Shown in pieces: positions 10,028 through 19,738 of a stretch of 37,948 nt of DNA. Every line of letters starts with the position of its first letter. Positions within the stretch are counted from its first letter, which is position 1. The notes under the pieces were generated by a model, which did not search any database, had not been told where the DNA came from, and worked only from the letters and a program-made list of their open reading frames with translations. Both the position numbers and the translations under genes were made by a program. This stretch comes from Candidatus Methanoflexus mossambicus (GTDB lineage Archaea > Methanobacteriota > Methanobacteria > Methanobacteriales > Methanobacteriaceae), in assembly GCA_031261915.1 (NCBI GenBank), contig JAISIT010000072.1, positions 1 to 37,948 on the forward strand. Reading direction: 5' to 3'.

Positions 10028-10780
10028 ATGGTGTTATATATGGAAAAATTAGCATGTGAAATCTGTGGAAGCACAGACATAATTAAAGAAGATGGATTAT
10101 TTGTTTGTCAAAGTTGTGGTGTCAAATATTCTATAGATGAAGTAAAAAGTTTAATGGGGACTGTTAAAATCGATAATAGCTCTGAAATTCAAAATTTGAA
10201 GATATTGGCTGATAGAGCTTTAGAAAATCAACAATATGATGAAGGATACAAATATTATGAAAAAATTTTGATTGCTGAAACAGATAATTATGAAGCTATT
10301 TTTAATATGAGTTTATGTAAATTCTGGACATCAACAATTGGAAATCCAAATTTGGACGGGGTTGTTTCAAGTGCTAAATCAGCAATAGATATTGCAAAAA
10401 CTAAATTAGATGCTAAAAAATTAAATGATTTTGTTTATATTGTTGCATTAAAAATATCTAATTGTGCGAACAGTTTATTTATTCAAATGGAAACAAACAT
10501 TAATTTATCTGCAATGACTAAAGGGAATGGTTTTTATCATGCATGGTATTCTATGGATTATACTATTAATTTATTGTATGAATTTTTTGAAAATGGTATT
10601 GATAAATATGATGAATTAAAAATTAAAATATTAATTTATTTAATTTCATGGGAATCTATGCAGTTTTTTAAAATATTCGCTACACCAAAATCACTTACTA
10701 TTCCATATCATAAATTTTTGGGAGATTATAAATTAAAATTCGATGAATTAAAAAAAATGGGTAAAAATAATAATGAATAA
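10028..10780 (+). CDS. Paralog of the previous gene (N-terminal about 110 aa roughly 75% identical) lacking the C-terminal CFI-box-like module; the start is probably ATG 10040 (MEKLACEICG)
   Basis: Identical zinc-ribbon and ...KIDNSS.IQNLKILADRALEN.QYDEGYKYYE.IL...DNYEAIFNMSLCKF block. Confidence 0.55.
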   Translation: MVLYMEKLACEICGSTDIIKEDGLFVCQSCGVKYSIDEVKSLMGTVKIDNSSEIQNLKILADRALENQQYDEGYKYYEKILIAETDNYEAIFNMSLCKFWTSTIGNPNLDGVVSSAKSAIDIAKTKLDAKKLNDFVYIVALKISNCANSLFIQMETNINLSAMTKGNGFYHAWYSMDYTINLLYEFFENGIDKYDELKIKILIYLISWESMQFFKIFATPKSLTIPYHKFLGDYKLKFDELKKMGKNNNE

Positions 10781-10807
10781 ATAATAATTATTTAAATATG
10801 TGATAAA

Positions 10808-11653
10808 ATGAGTGAAAACTGTGAAAATATTTGTGAAATTTCGAATTATATTTATAATTGGTTAATAAATTATAAAAATTTAAAAGAAGAATCTGTAACT
10901 GATTATTTATTATATGAAATTTCAAATAAAATTCATAATGTTCGTTATAAACACATTAGTCGTCATGAAGAAGCAAGATATTTTGGGTCTGACTGGCAGT
11001 GGTGGATTGTTTTTGATAATCATTGTGCATTTGCTATGAATATTCAAGCAAAAAAAATTGATTTAGATAAAGATAATTATCATAAATTGGTTTATTCTAA
11101 TAAATATGGTTTACAAATTGAAAAATTATTGAATTATTCTAAAGAAAATAATTTATTTCCGTGTTATGCATTTTATTCTTCTTTTTCAAAACAAATTTTG
11201 AATAATACTTGTTTTGGTGAAGGAGTGTATATTTCTAATGCAGAAGAAGTATATGAATTTTTATTTAAAAATGAATCTTTATTTGATGAAAATGGAAAAA
11301 GACAAAAAGTTTATGCTGAGGATATTATTTCAGGATCTAAACTTCCTGGATCTAAAAGTTTATTTTCTTTTTTCTGTGAAAAAGATAGTATAATTAATAA
11401 GTTTTGCGATAAATGTTGTAATAAGAAATTTAATGATACAAATAATGATAAAATTAAAAATAATGGGTTAGGTTGGCATAATAATATTCCAAAAGAAATT
11501 TTGAATCTTATTAATAAAAATAATATGTCTTTTCAAAAAGATAATCAAATATCTAATGATGTAGAAGTGAGTAATAAAAAGTTAGTTCATACGAAAAATC
11601 TTCTTATTTTTGATTTAAGAGAATATTGTGAAAATTATCAAAAATCCAATTAA
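10808..11653 (+). CDS. Hypothetical protein (281 aa, Cys-containing, no TM segment). No family recognised.
   Basis: Long ORF with no in-frame stop in a very AT-rich context. It lies 35 nt upstream of the DUF2283 gene on the same strand. Confidence 0.5.
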   Translation: MSENCENICEISNYIYNWLINYKNLKEESVTDYLLYEISNKIHNVRYKHISRHEEARYFGSDWQWWIVFDNHCAFAMNIQAKKIDLDKDNYHKLVYSNKYGLQIEKLLNYSKENNLFPCYAFYSSFSKQILNNTCFGEGVYISNAEEVYEFLFKNESLFDENGKRQKVYAEDIISGSKLPGSKSLFSFFCEKDSIINKFCDKCCNKKFNDTNNDKIKNNGLGWHNNIPKEILNLINKNNMSFQKDNQISNDVEVSNKKLVHTKNLLIFDLREYCENYQKSN

Positions 11654-11688
11654 AAACTATTTAAAGACAATTAAGGGGTTAAATAAAA

Positions 11689-12054
11689 ATGAATGAAAAA
11701 ATAACCGTAGATTATGATGATGAAAATGATAACCTTTTTGTTTTCTTACAGAATGAAGATTATGATTATTCTGAAATCATAACTAAGAATGTTTTTATTG
11801 ATTTTAATAAGGATGAGAAACCTGTTGGGTTTGAAATAGATAATGCATCTAAATTATTTAAAACAAATAAGTCAAATCTTAAAAATATTATTGGGGGAAA
11901 TGTAAAAATTGTTATTGATGAAAAAGACATTAATTTGAATGTTAATTTGTATGTTGAGATACAAAAACAGTCAGTTTACTTAAATCCTATTAATATTATT
12001 GAAAATAATAATTTTAATATTCCAAGTATTGAAACAACTCATGTTTTAACTTAA
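11689..12054 (+). CDS. DUF2283-family protein with an approximately 50-aa C-terminal extension
   Basis: ITVDYDDENDNLFVFL...NVFIDFNKDEKPVGFEIDNAS matches the DUF2283 signature (YD.E.D.LYI...D.D..G..GIEI..AS). RBS AAGGGG upstream. Confidence 0.6.
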   Translation: MNEKITVDYDDENDNLFVFLQNEDYDYSEIITKNVFIDFNKDEKPVGFEIDNASKLFKTNKSNLKNIIGGNVKIVIDEKDINLNVNLYVEIQKQSVYLNPINIIENNNFNIPSIETTHVLT

Positions 12055-12100
12055 TAATTATTTTTTACTTCTTTTTTACTTCTTTTTTTAATTCTAATCG

Positions 12101-13348
12101 TTATTTGTTTAAATTCATGGATTCAAAGTAAATTATTTCTACTTCATCTCCTTCATTTATTCCTTCGTGGTTTTCATCTATTATTAAATAGCTATTGGCT
12201 TTTACCATTGAATTAATGATTCCAGATCCTTTATTTAGTGCATATTCTACTTGTTTTTCATTTGTGAATGCTCTTACATAATCTGTTCTGCCTAATTTTG
12301 ATGCTATTTTTATGTTTGTGATTCTTTTGTGTTTTCTTGGATTAAAGTCTATATTTTGCATTTTAAATAGGTATTCTCTTACTAATATGTCAAATTGTGC
12401 CATTGCTGCTACTGGGTATCCTGAAAGCATGAATACTGGAGTTTCATTTACAATTCCAAATCCTACTGGCTTTCCTGGTCTAATAGCTACTCCATGAAAC
12501 ATTACTTTGCCAATAGCTTCAACTGCATCTACAACTACATCTCCTTTACTAATAGCTGTTCCTCCTGTTGTTAAAACTATATCATATTCTTTTGTTGCAG
12601 TTTTAATAGCTTCTTTAACTTCTTCTATATCATCATGTCCGTATTCAATATCTACATTTGCTCCTGTGCTTTTAATCATTGTTGATATTGTGTATTTGTT
12701 TGAATTAATTACTTGTGCTTTTTTTAACTCCTCTCCTGGCTCTATTAATTCATTTCCAGTTATAATTAATTTTACTTTTGGTTTTTTATATGTTTCTATT
12801 TTGGGAAATCCTGCAGAAGCTATTAATCCTATTTCTTGGGGTCGGAGTATTGTTTTTTTATTTAATATCTTTTCTCCTTTTTTAATATCTTCTCCTTGGA
12901 ATGCAACATTTTCTGTTGGTGTTACTGCTCTATGAATTTCTATATTGTATGGTAATTTATTTAATTCATCGTCTTCTTCATCTGAAATAGTATATTCTTC
13001 CATTAAAACTGCATCTGCACCATTTGGGACTGGTGATCCTGTTGCTACTTTAATAGCTTCCCCATTTTTTATTGTTTCATCTGAATAATCTCCAGCACCT
13101 ATTTTATCAATAACTTTTAAGTTTTTAACATTGTTTGTTGTTGCTGTAAATGTATCTTCTGCTTTTACTGCATATCCGTCCATTGCTGATTTATCAAATG
13201 GTGGGGAGTCGTGTAGTGAGTAAATATCTTCAGCCAATACTCTTAAGCTTGAGTCCATTAAATCTATTTTTTCAGTATCTAAAATTATTTGATTTTTTTC
13301 AATAATTTCCTTAGCTTTTGACAATGGGATAAATTCAGTTAAAAACAT
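12101..13348 (-). CDS. moeA: Molybdopterin molybdenumtransferase MoeA
   Basis: SPPFDKSAMDGYAV MoeA motif. Length 415 aa with the MoeA N-terminal, MoCF-biosynthesis and C-terminal domains. Confidence 0.9.
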   Translation of the reverse strand: MFLTEFIPLSKAKEIIEKNQIILDTEKIDLMDSSLRVLAEDIYSLHDSPPFDKSAMDGYAVKAEDTFTATTNNVKNLKVIDKIGAGDYSDETIKNGEAIKVATGSPVPNGADAVLMEEYTISDEEDDELNKLPYNIEIHRAVTPTENVAFQGEDIKKGEKILNKKTILRPQEIGLIASAGFPKIETYKKPKVKLIITGNELIEPGEELKKAQVINSNKYTISTMIKSTGANVDIEYGHDDIEEVKEAIKTATKEYDIVLTTGGTAISKGDVVVDAVEAIGKVMFHGVAIRPGKPVGFGIVNETPVFMLSGYPVAAMAQFDILVREYLFKMQNIDFNPRKHKRITNIKIASKLGRTDYVRAFTNEKQVEYALNKGSGIINSMVKANSYLIIDENHEGINEGDEVEIIYFESMNLNK

Positions 13349-13807
13349 TGTTTCGACTCACATTTTTAAAATTTTGATATAATTTTGATAATTTTTTGGT
13401 AAATTATTTTATTAATATAATTTTTTTAAAATTATTTTTTAAAATTGAATTTATTTTTAAATATAATTACATTTTTTTTTAAATGATTTTATATTTTTTA
13501 ATTTTTTATTTTTTTTTAAAATATTATTTTTTTATTTTTTTTTAAAATATTAATATTAAAATTGATTTAAATTAGTTAAATTACTGAAATAATTTTTTTT
13601 TAATTAAAATTGAATAATAAATTAATCTAAATATATTTTTTAAATGTTTAAATTAAAATTTAAATAATTCTGATATTGATATTAAATAATTTAAAATTAG
13701 TTAAAATTCTAATATATTAAAAATAAGAATAAAATAAAATAAATAAAATATTATTTTTAAATTATATTATTTTTTAAATTATATTAATTTTAGATTATAT
13801 TCAATAT

Positions 13808-15979
13808 TTAAGTCATATATTTTTCAATAACTCCACTATAGCTATTTTTTAAAGTATCAACTTCAATGTCAACAATATCTGAGTTTTTATTCTTGATTTT
13901 TAAAGTTTTGGATTTTACTTCGCCTATAATGGAAACAGGCACATTTATATTTGCTATTACTTCTTCAACTTTTTCTGCTTTGACGCTCATCAAATATCTG
14001 CCGTAGGTTTCTGAGAATAATAGTTCATTTTCATCAATATTTCCTGTAATTGGAATATCATTTAAATTAATTTCACAACCAAGGTTTCCGGCTATTGCCA
14101 TTTCTGATAGTGCAATAGCTATTCCTCCGGCGGAAATATCGTGAATAGCTGTTATATCTTTATTTTTATCATTACTTACGGCATTTAAAATACTATTGCC
14201 TGCATTTATCTCGTCGTCTATTTTAATTTCTGGTGGCTTACCTTTTTCGATATTATGGATTGTTCTATGATATTCTGAACCATTTATTTCATTGTAGGTA
14301 TTTCCAACAATTAGTATTTTATCTCCAACACTCTTAAAGTCCATTGTTCTAATATTTTCTAAGTTCATAACGCCTATTACACCAACAGCAGGGGTTGGAT
14401 TGATTTTTATTCCTTCAGTTTCATTATAAAAGCTTACATTGCCACTAATAACTGGAGTGTCAAATGCAGTAGCTAAATCAGACATTCCTTTTATACATTC
14501 ACTAAATTGCCATAAAATTTCAGGATTTTCAGGATTTCCGAAGTTTAAACAGTCTACAACTGCATAAGGAGTTGCTCCCATTGAAATAACATTTCTAATA
14601 GCTTCGGCTAAACTTCCTGCTCCTCCATTGTATGGGGATAATTTTGTATGGATACTGTTACAATCACAACTTAATGCAATAGCTGTGTTATCATCTACTT
14701 TTAAAACAGCAGCATCATCTCCAGGTTTAATTACAGTTCTTATTTGAACTTCATGGTCGTATTGCGCGTAAACCCATTTTTTACTTGCTATATTTGGGCT
14801 TGATAATATTTTTAAAATAGATTCTTCAATTGGAGGGTGTTCAATAGCTATTTCTTCTTTATTTTCATTATCTGCTGGAGCTCGAATTTCACGATTTAAA
14901 TAAGGGGGATCTGCTAAAAGTCTTGTAGGTAAGTCTGCAATTATCTCTTCTCCATCTTTAATAATCATAGTATTTGCGTCTGTAACTTCTCCAACCACTG
15001 CTGCGGGTATTTCATGTTTATTACATATATTTATAATTTCTTCAACATATTTGGGGTTAACAACAAAAATCATTCTCTCTTGACTTTCAGAAAGCATAAT
15101 TTCGTAAGGAGTCATTCCTGTTTCTCTAAGGGGGATTGCTTGTAAATCTACAATAGCTCCATTTTCACATTTATCTGCTAATTCTGATATGCAACATGTT
15201 ATGCCTCCACCACCAAGATCTTTAACTCCTGAAACATCTATTTTTTCTAAAATTTCTAAAGATGCTTCTAAAACTCTTTTTTTAGTAAATGGATCTCCAA
15301 CTTGAACAGCAGGTCTGTCTTCTAATTCTGATTTGGATGTTAATTCTTCAGAAGCAAATACAACACCACCCATACCATCACGGCCGGTTGTTCCACCCAT
15401 AAGTAAGAAAACATCTCCAGGATTTGGAGCTATTCCTTTAACAATGTCTTCTTTTTTAACTAAACCTGCACACATTACATTAACCAATGGATTGGTTCTA
15501 AATGCTGGATCAAATTCAACTTCTCCACCGACTGTTGGAACTCCTACTCTATTTCCATAGTCAGAAATTCCTTTAACAACATGTTCAAATAAATATCGTG
15601 ATTTTTCATCTTCTAATGGTCCAAATCTCAATGAATCTAATAATGCTATTGGCATTGCACCCATTGAAATAATATCTCTTAAAATTCCACCAATACCAGT
15701 TCCAGCACCTCCATAGGGTTCAACTGCTGATGGATGGTTGTGGCTTTCCATTCCAACAGCTAATGCAAGCTCATCTGTTATTGAAACAAGCCCAGCATCA
15801 TCTCCAGGACCCATTATTATATTTTCTCCTTCTGTTGGAAACATTCTTAAAAATGGTCTACTACTTTTATATGAACAATGTTCAGAAAACATTATGTCTA
15901 ACATACCTTCTTCAAGAGGATTAGGAACTCTTCCTAACTCTTCTACAATATATTCCATTTCAGAATCTGTTAAACTCAT
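13808..15979 (-). CDS. purL: Phosphoribosylformylglycinamidine synthase subunit II (FGAM synthase PurL)
   Basis: N-terminal [12 protein letters not shown] motif. Duplicated PurM-like domains. 723 aa. Confidence 0.95.
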   Translation of the reverse strand: MSLTDSEMEYIVEELGRVPNPLEEGMLDIMFSEHCSYKSSRPFLRMFPTEGENIIMGPGDDAGLVSITDELALAVGMESHNHPSAVEPYGGAGTGIGGILRDIISMGAMPIALLDSLRFGPLEDEKSRYLFEHVVKGISDYGNRVGVPTVGGEVEFDPAFRTNPLVNVMCAGLVKKEDIVKGIAPNPGDVFLLMGGTTGRDGMGGVVFASEELTSKSELEDRPAVQVGDPFTKKRVLEASLEILEKIDVSGVKDLGGGGITCCISELADKCENGAIVDLQAIPLRETGMTPYEIMLSESQERMIFVVNPKYVEEIINICNKHEIPAAVVGEVTDANTMIIKDGEEIIADLPTRLLADPPYLNREIRAPADNENKEEIAIEHPPIEESILKILSSPNIASKKWVYAQYDHEVQIRTVIKPGDDAAVLKVDDNTAIALSCDCNSIHTKLSPYNGGAGSLAEAIRNVISMGATPYAVVDCLNFGNPENPEILWQFSECIKGMSDLATAFDTPVISGNVSFYNETEGIKINPTPAVGVIGVMNLENIRTMDFKSVGDKILIVGNTYNEINGSEYHRTIHNIEKGKPPEIKIDDEINAGNSILNAVSNDKNKDITAIHDISAGGIAIALSEMAIAGNLGCEINLNDIPITGNIDENELLFSETYGRYLMSVKAEKVEEVIANINVPVSIIGEVKSKTLKIKNKNSDIVDIEVDTLKNSYSGVIEKYMT

Positions 15980-16150
15980 TTTAAAACCTTTATGATATTT
16001 TTAGTATTAATTGATAAATTTAATAAGTTGATATTTAATAATTTATAATTTTGTAATTTTGATACTTTTTAATATTTTTTGTAAAATTGATAATCTTGGA
16101 TTATAATGGGATATTAATTGTAATAATATTTATAATATATATTAATTAAT

Positions 16151-16543
16151 TTAAAATTTAGTTATTTCTCCAGTAGTGCCATTAACTTCTACAATTAAAC
16201 CGTCTGTTAATTCTTCAGGGTTTGTTGGAGAATCAACCATTGGAATATCGGATATTATTGCTCCTGTAGCTATTATAGGTTCTGCATTTAGACATATTAT
16301 TGCTTTAGGTGCGGTTTGATTTTTTTTCATTTGAAATATGACATAAGAACCAACAGTTGAACCTTTCCCTCCAGGAATAAAAAGCACCTTGTCTTTGATT
16401 ATTTTTCCTTTTAAAGAGTGTTGTTTATCAATTATTTCTCCATTATCTGGATTTACACCACCTAAAAAACTAATAGATTCATCACTTTTGATAATTTCTC
16501 CTTTAGCTATTCCTTTGGATATTGATCTTGATTTTATCATCAT
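16151..16543 (-). CDS. AcnX-type small subunit (DUF126 swivel domain); predicted phosphomevalonate dehydratase small subunit of the archaeal alternative mevalonate pathway
   Basis: 130-aa DUF126 protein (...FLGGVNPDNGEI...GKVLFIPGGKGSTVGSYV...). No large subunit adjacent. Confidence 0.7.
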   Translation of the reverse strand: MMIKSRSISKGIAKGEIIKSDESISFLGGVNPDNGEIIDKQHSLKGKIIKDKVLFIPGGKGSTVGSYVIFQMKKNQTAPKAIICLNAEPIIATGAIISDIPMVDSPTNPEELTDGLIVEVNGTTGEITKF

Positions 16544-16761
16544 TTTTTCATCTTAAATTAATTTTATTTCTATTTTTATTAAATTATATATTATAATATA
16601 TGTTAAAAATATTTAAATTTTTTTACTATGTCTTTAGTGAAAAACTAATTTAATATTTTTTTAAAAATTTTTTATAGAGAAGAATTTATATGTAGTTATA
16701 TAAAATATTCATATTATATAACAAAACTTTTATATATTAGTCTAATATAAATAATATGTAA

Positions 16762-16853
16762 TGTTGAGTAAGTCCTTACTGACCTGTGTTACCATTGGGT
16801 AACCAAGTTCTTAAGTGAATAAAAGTGTCAGTAAGGCAAAACATTCTATTTTT
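16762..16853 (+). ncRNA. Candidate small structured RNA. An outer 10-bp stem (CCTTACTGAC 16774-16783 / GTCAGTAAGG 16827-16836) encloses an inner 6-bp hairpin (GTTACC-ATTG-GGTAAC, 16788-16803). Preceded by a TATA-like box (about 16729-16737) and followed by T5 (16849-16853).
   Basis: GC-rich island within a 530-bp AT-rich spacer. Promoter-like and terminator-like signals sit at plausible spacing on the plus strand. Confidence 0.35.
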
Positions 16854-17073
16854 GGATTGTTTATCTTATTTTCAATTATTTATATATGCATATTGTTTTT
16901 ATCCCTAACTTTTTTTAAAACAATAGCAATAATTTAAGAATTTTTAAATTTACTGTCTTAGATGATAGGTGATAGTTTAATTAATATTTTAAATATTGAT
17001 TTTATAAATATGTTCAATTAATGACTTAAACAATAATTTAACAAAGATTAATTCATATTTTTAATTAAATAAA

Positions 17074-18363
17074 TTAGTAAACATCTTTTTTCATTATTTC
17101 TCTTAAGACTGCTGTGGCATAGGCACCTTTTGAGATTGAAAATTCAGTTATTACTCCTTCGTCTGTTGTTGTAACTTTTGAATCCCATAAATTAAATTTA
17201 ATGCTTCTTCTTAAACCATGACTACCTAATTTAGGTGTTTTTGGAGTTTTAAAATCTTCAAGTGTAATGTTTTCATCATCAAGGACTTTTTTCTCAATTT
17301 CTCCAACAATTCCACTTGCAAGAGGAACTTTAGAACCATACAATGGTGCTGTTGGAGTTCCTTGTTTATTTTCTATAATTGTTTTTAATTCTTCTGGAGA
17401 ATTATGGAGCATATGTTCTTCATTATCTATTACTAAATCTCCATCTACATATTTATCAATTCCAAGTTTTATTCTTTCGCTAATAACTTTATTAAATAAT
17501 GCTGATTGATAAGCACCTACAAACATTCGCTGTAGAGGTTTAGGGAGAGAAAAAATAGCTCGTTTATATGCATTTTCATCTAAATTATCACTTGTGGATT
17601 TTGTGTCATCTTTTTGACCTTTTTTACTTTTTTTAATTAAAATTCTTAACATTTGTCTTTCATATCTAAGTGATTTTGGCATTAACTCTAAAGATTTCTC
17701 TAAATCTCCTTCTTCATAATATTTCCTAGCTATTTGACTTTCTTCACTTTCATTAGGGCTTGGATTTCCAATATACAATCTAACAGCTTCTTTAAGATCA
17801 TTATGGACTAATGCTTTTCCTACTAAATGCGTGTTAACTCTTCCACTTCCAAATCTTTGCCATCCAAAGTAATTCGGGACTCCTGTTTTTTCTAACTTGT
17901 TTAAAACATTTTCAGCTATTTCTGCTGATTTTTCAATATTTTCTAAGTTTCTTATTAATATTTTAAATTTATTTCCTTTTAATTGTCCCATTCTAATTTT
18001 TTTTTCATTTCTAATTACTTTTAAAAATTTAGTATTATGAATATTGTTTTTAATAGCTATTAATTCTTTAAATTGTTTGTAAGAATCCATATTTGAAACA
18101 CAAATCCATTGTCGTGTGAGAGCATGTTTATCTTTCATACCTGCAAATCCCATTCTTTTTTGGCTTATTTTTAAGTCCTTTGCAATATCTTCAAGAACAT
18201 TTAAAGTTGTCATTCCATGTTTTTCAATTAATATCCAGATATTAGGGCCTGTGCCAGATGGTAAATTCAATGGAATCTCTTCAACATAGAAATCTTCTTG
18301 GAAATTCCTTATTGTTCCACCTATTCCTTTTTCTTTCGTTATATGGGTTTCAGCATTTAACAT
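17074..18363 (-). CDS. truD: tRNA pseudouridine(13) synthase TruD (Pus7-type)
   Basis: [15 protein letters not shown] catalytic-Asp motif and N-terminal FYVEEIPL are typical of TruD. No Cys clusters, which excludes Pus10. Confidence 0.8.
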   Translation of the reverse strand: MLNAETHITKEKGIGGTIRNFQEDFYVEEIPLNLPSGTGPNIWILIEKHGMTTLNVLEDIAKDLKISQKRMGFAGMKDKHALTRQWICVSNMDSYKQFKELIAIKNNIHNTKFLKVIRNEKKIRMGQLKGNKFKILIRNLENIEKSAEIAENVLNKLEKTGVPNYFGWQRFGSGRVNTHLVGKALVHNDLKEAVRLYIGNPSPNESEESQIARKYYEEGDLEKSLELMPKSLRYERQMLRILIKKSKKGQKDDTKSTSDNLDENAYKRAIFSLPKPLQRMFVGAYQSALFNKVISERIKLGIDKYVDGDLVIDNEEHMLHNSPEELKTIIENKQGTPTAPLYGSKVPLASGIVGEIEKKVLDDENITLEDFKTPKTPKLGSHGLRRSIKFNLWDSKVTTTDEGVITEFSISKGAYATAVLREIMKKDVY

Positions 18364-18693
18364 TTTTTCAACGATAATTTAAATATTTTTTATTTTAGGA
18401 AATATAAGTTTTAATTCAATTCAAATCAATTTAAGTTATATTAAACTTATATTGAACTTATATTAAATTATATTAATAGTTATATTAAATTATATTAAAT
18501 TATTTAAAAATTATAAAACATAATATTGTTAATTTAACTATTAATTTAACTATTAAGTTTAATTATTATTTTAAATATATTTTAAATATTATTTTAAATA
18601 TTAATATTTTAAACAAAAATTTAAAGTAAATTAATTGATTTAAATTAATTTTTTCAAAAAAAGATGAGAATTAATAATTTTAAAAGTATTTAA

Positions 18694-18767
18694 TGCCCTG
18701 ACCGGGATTTGAACCCGGGGTAAGGGATCCGCAGTCCCATGTGTTATCCAAACTACACTATCAGGGC
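18694..18767 (-). tRNA. tRNA-Arg (anticodon GCG). CCA not encoded.
   Basis: The reverse complement GCCCTGATAGTGTAGTTTGGATAACACATGGGACTGCGGATCCCTTACCCCGGGTTCAAATCCCGGTCAGGGC(A) folds as a cloverleaf: 7-bp acceptor stem, GTGT/ACAC D stem, anticodon loop CTGCGGA, and T arm CCGGG-TTCAAAT-CCCGG. Confidence 0.8.
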
Positions 18768-19004
18768 TATAATTAGAAATAGCTTTATGAATATAAGTTT
18801 TTACATTAATTATTTTATTAATAATATTAACTTATTAAATTTATATTCATAGTGTTTAATAATTTATATTTTATCATATAAATATATTTACACATTTTTA
18901 TATTTTTTATATTTTGAGTATATCTTATTTATTTTATCTTATTCTATCTATTCTTATTTTCATTGATTTTTATTGATTTTTTATTATTTATTTTAGTTTT
19001 GTTT

Positions 19005-19562
19005 TTAGTTCCAAGTATAAAGAATATAGTTATGATTTCCTATTCTTCTTGTTGAAGTTGTTACCGATGTGGCTTTTGAAATGTCTCCTTTTTCTGCTAT
19101 TGTTTGATTTAAAATATTTATTTCTTTAAATAAATAGTTTTTATTTGTATTTTCATTTAAATAGCTATTTATTATTGTTGAAATTTCTTTTATTGAGTTA
19201 TCATCATAATTATTAGTTTTTAAAGTAAATGTAATTTGTTCTAATATTGATGCTTCATTAATATTGGTTTTCATAGATAATAATTCCATTAAATCTTGTG
19301 TATTTTGAAAATTTCCAATATCTTCACTTGGAGAACTCATATCAATATTAATCATCATATTAAATGTAATTAATAATAATATTATTACTATTGTAGCTAT
19401 TATCAAATCAACTATTGATAAAAAACCTTTTTTATCAGTTTTTAGCTTATTTGTAGTATTTAAATTATTTATATTGGTTTTATTTTTTATATTGGTTTTA
19501 TTTTTCATAGGAATTATATTATTACATGTAGTTGTGTGTTTATTTTGTTTTATGATGTTCAT
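19005..19562 (-). CDS. Asn-rich small membrane protein with a possible archaeal class III (type IV pilin-like) signal peptide: KKG|FLSIVDLIIATIVIILLL
   Basis: Single N-proximal hydrophobic helix follows a Lys-Gly cleavage-site-like motif. N-rich leader. No family recognised. Confidence 0.4.
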   Translation of the reverse strand: MNIIKQNKHTTTCNNIIPMKNKTNIKNKTNINNLNTTNKLKTDKKGFLSIVDLIIATIVIILLLITFNMMINIDMSSPSEDIGNFQNTQDLMELLSMKTNINEASILEQITFTLKTNNYDDNSIKEISTIINSYLNENTNKNYLFKEINILNQTIAEKGDISKATSVTTSTRRIGNHNYILYTWN

Positions 19563-19738
19563 AATTTCCCCAATTATTGGTATTGTATTTATTGTTAGTC
19601 TTATTAATATTATTATTTATAATAATGATTTATAATAATGATTTTAATTTAATTATTACTTATTTTTGATATTTATTAAGTAGAATTATTGATAGTTATT
19701 GAATATGAATTTTATTGATATTTATTTGAATATAAAAT

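Noticed and set aside
12312-12935. Two plus-strand ORFs (61 and 142 aa) inside moeA
   Set aside because: They lie antisense within a well-supported MoeA coding region and are Ser/Thr/Pro-rich shadow frames.
15333-15995. Plus-strand ORFs (75, 64 and 85 aa) inside purL; similar small antisense ORFs in frhA/G/B, truD, the PurM-like gene, the SPFH gene, nadE and cutA (3744-3929, 4143-4364, 5808-5993, 7006-7206, 17267-17509, 19773-20121, 20727-21152, 27424-27609, 27767-27979, 37408-37695)
   Set aside because: All lie within or antisense to strongly supported genes, have no RBS, and are low-complexity.
17074-18363. Pus10 (tRNA pseudouridine 54/55 synthase) assignment for the 429-aa protein
   Set aside because: It lacks the N-terminal Cys4 zinc-binding motifs of Pus10 and carries the TruD-type GxKDxxA motif instead. 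Called truD.
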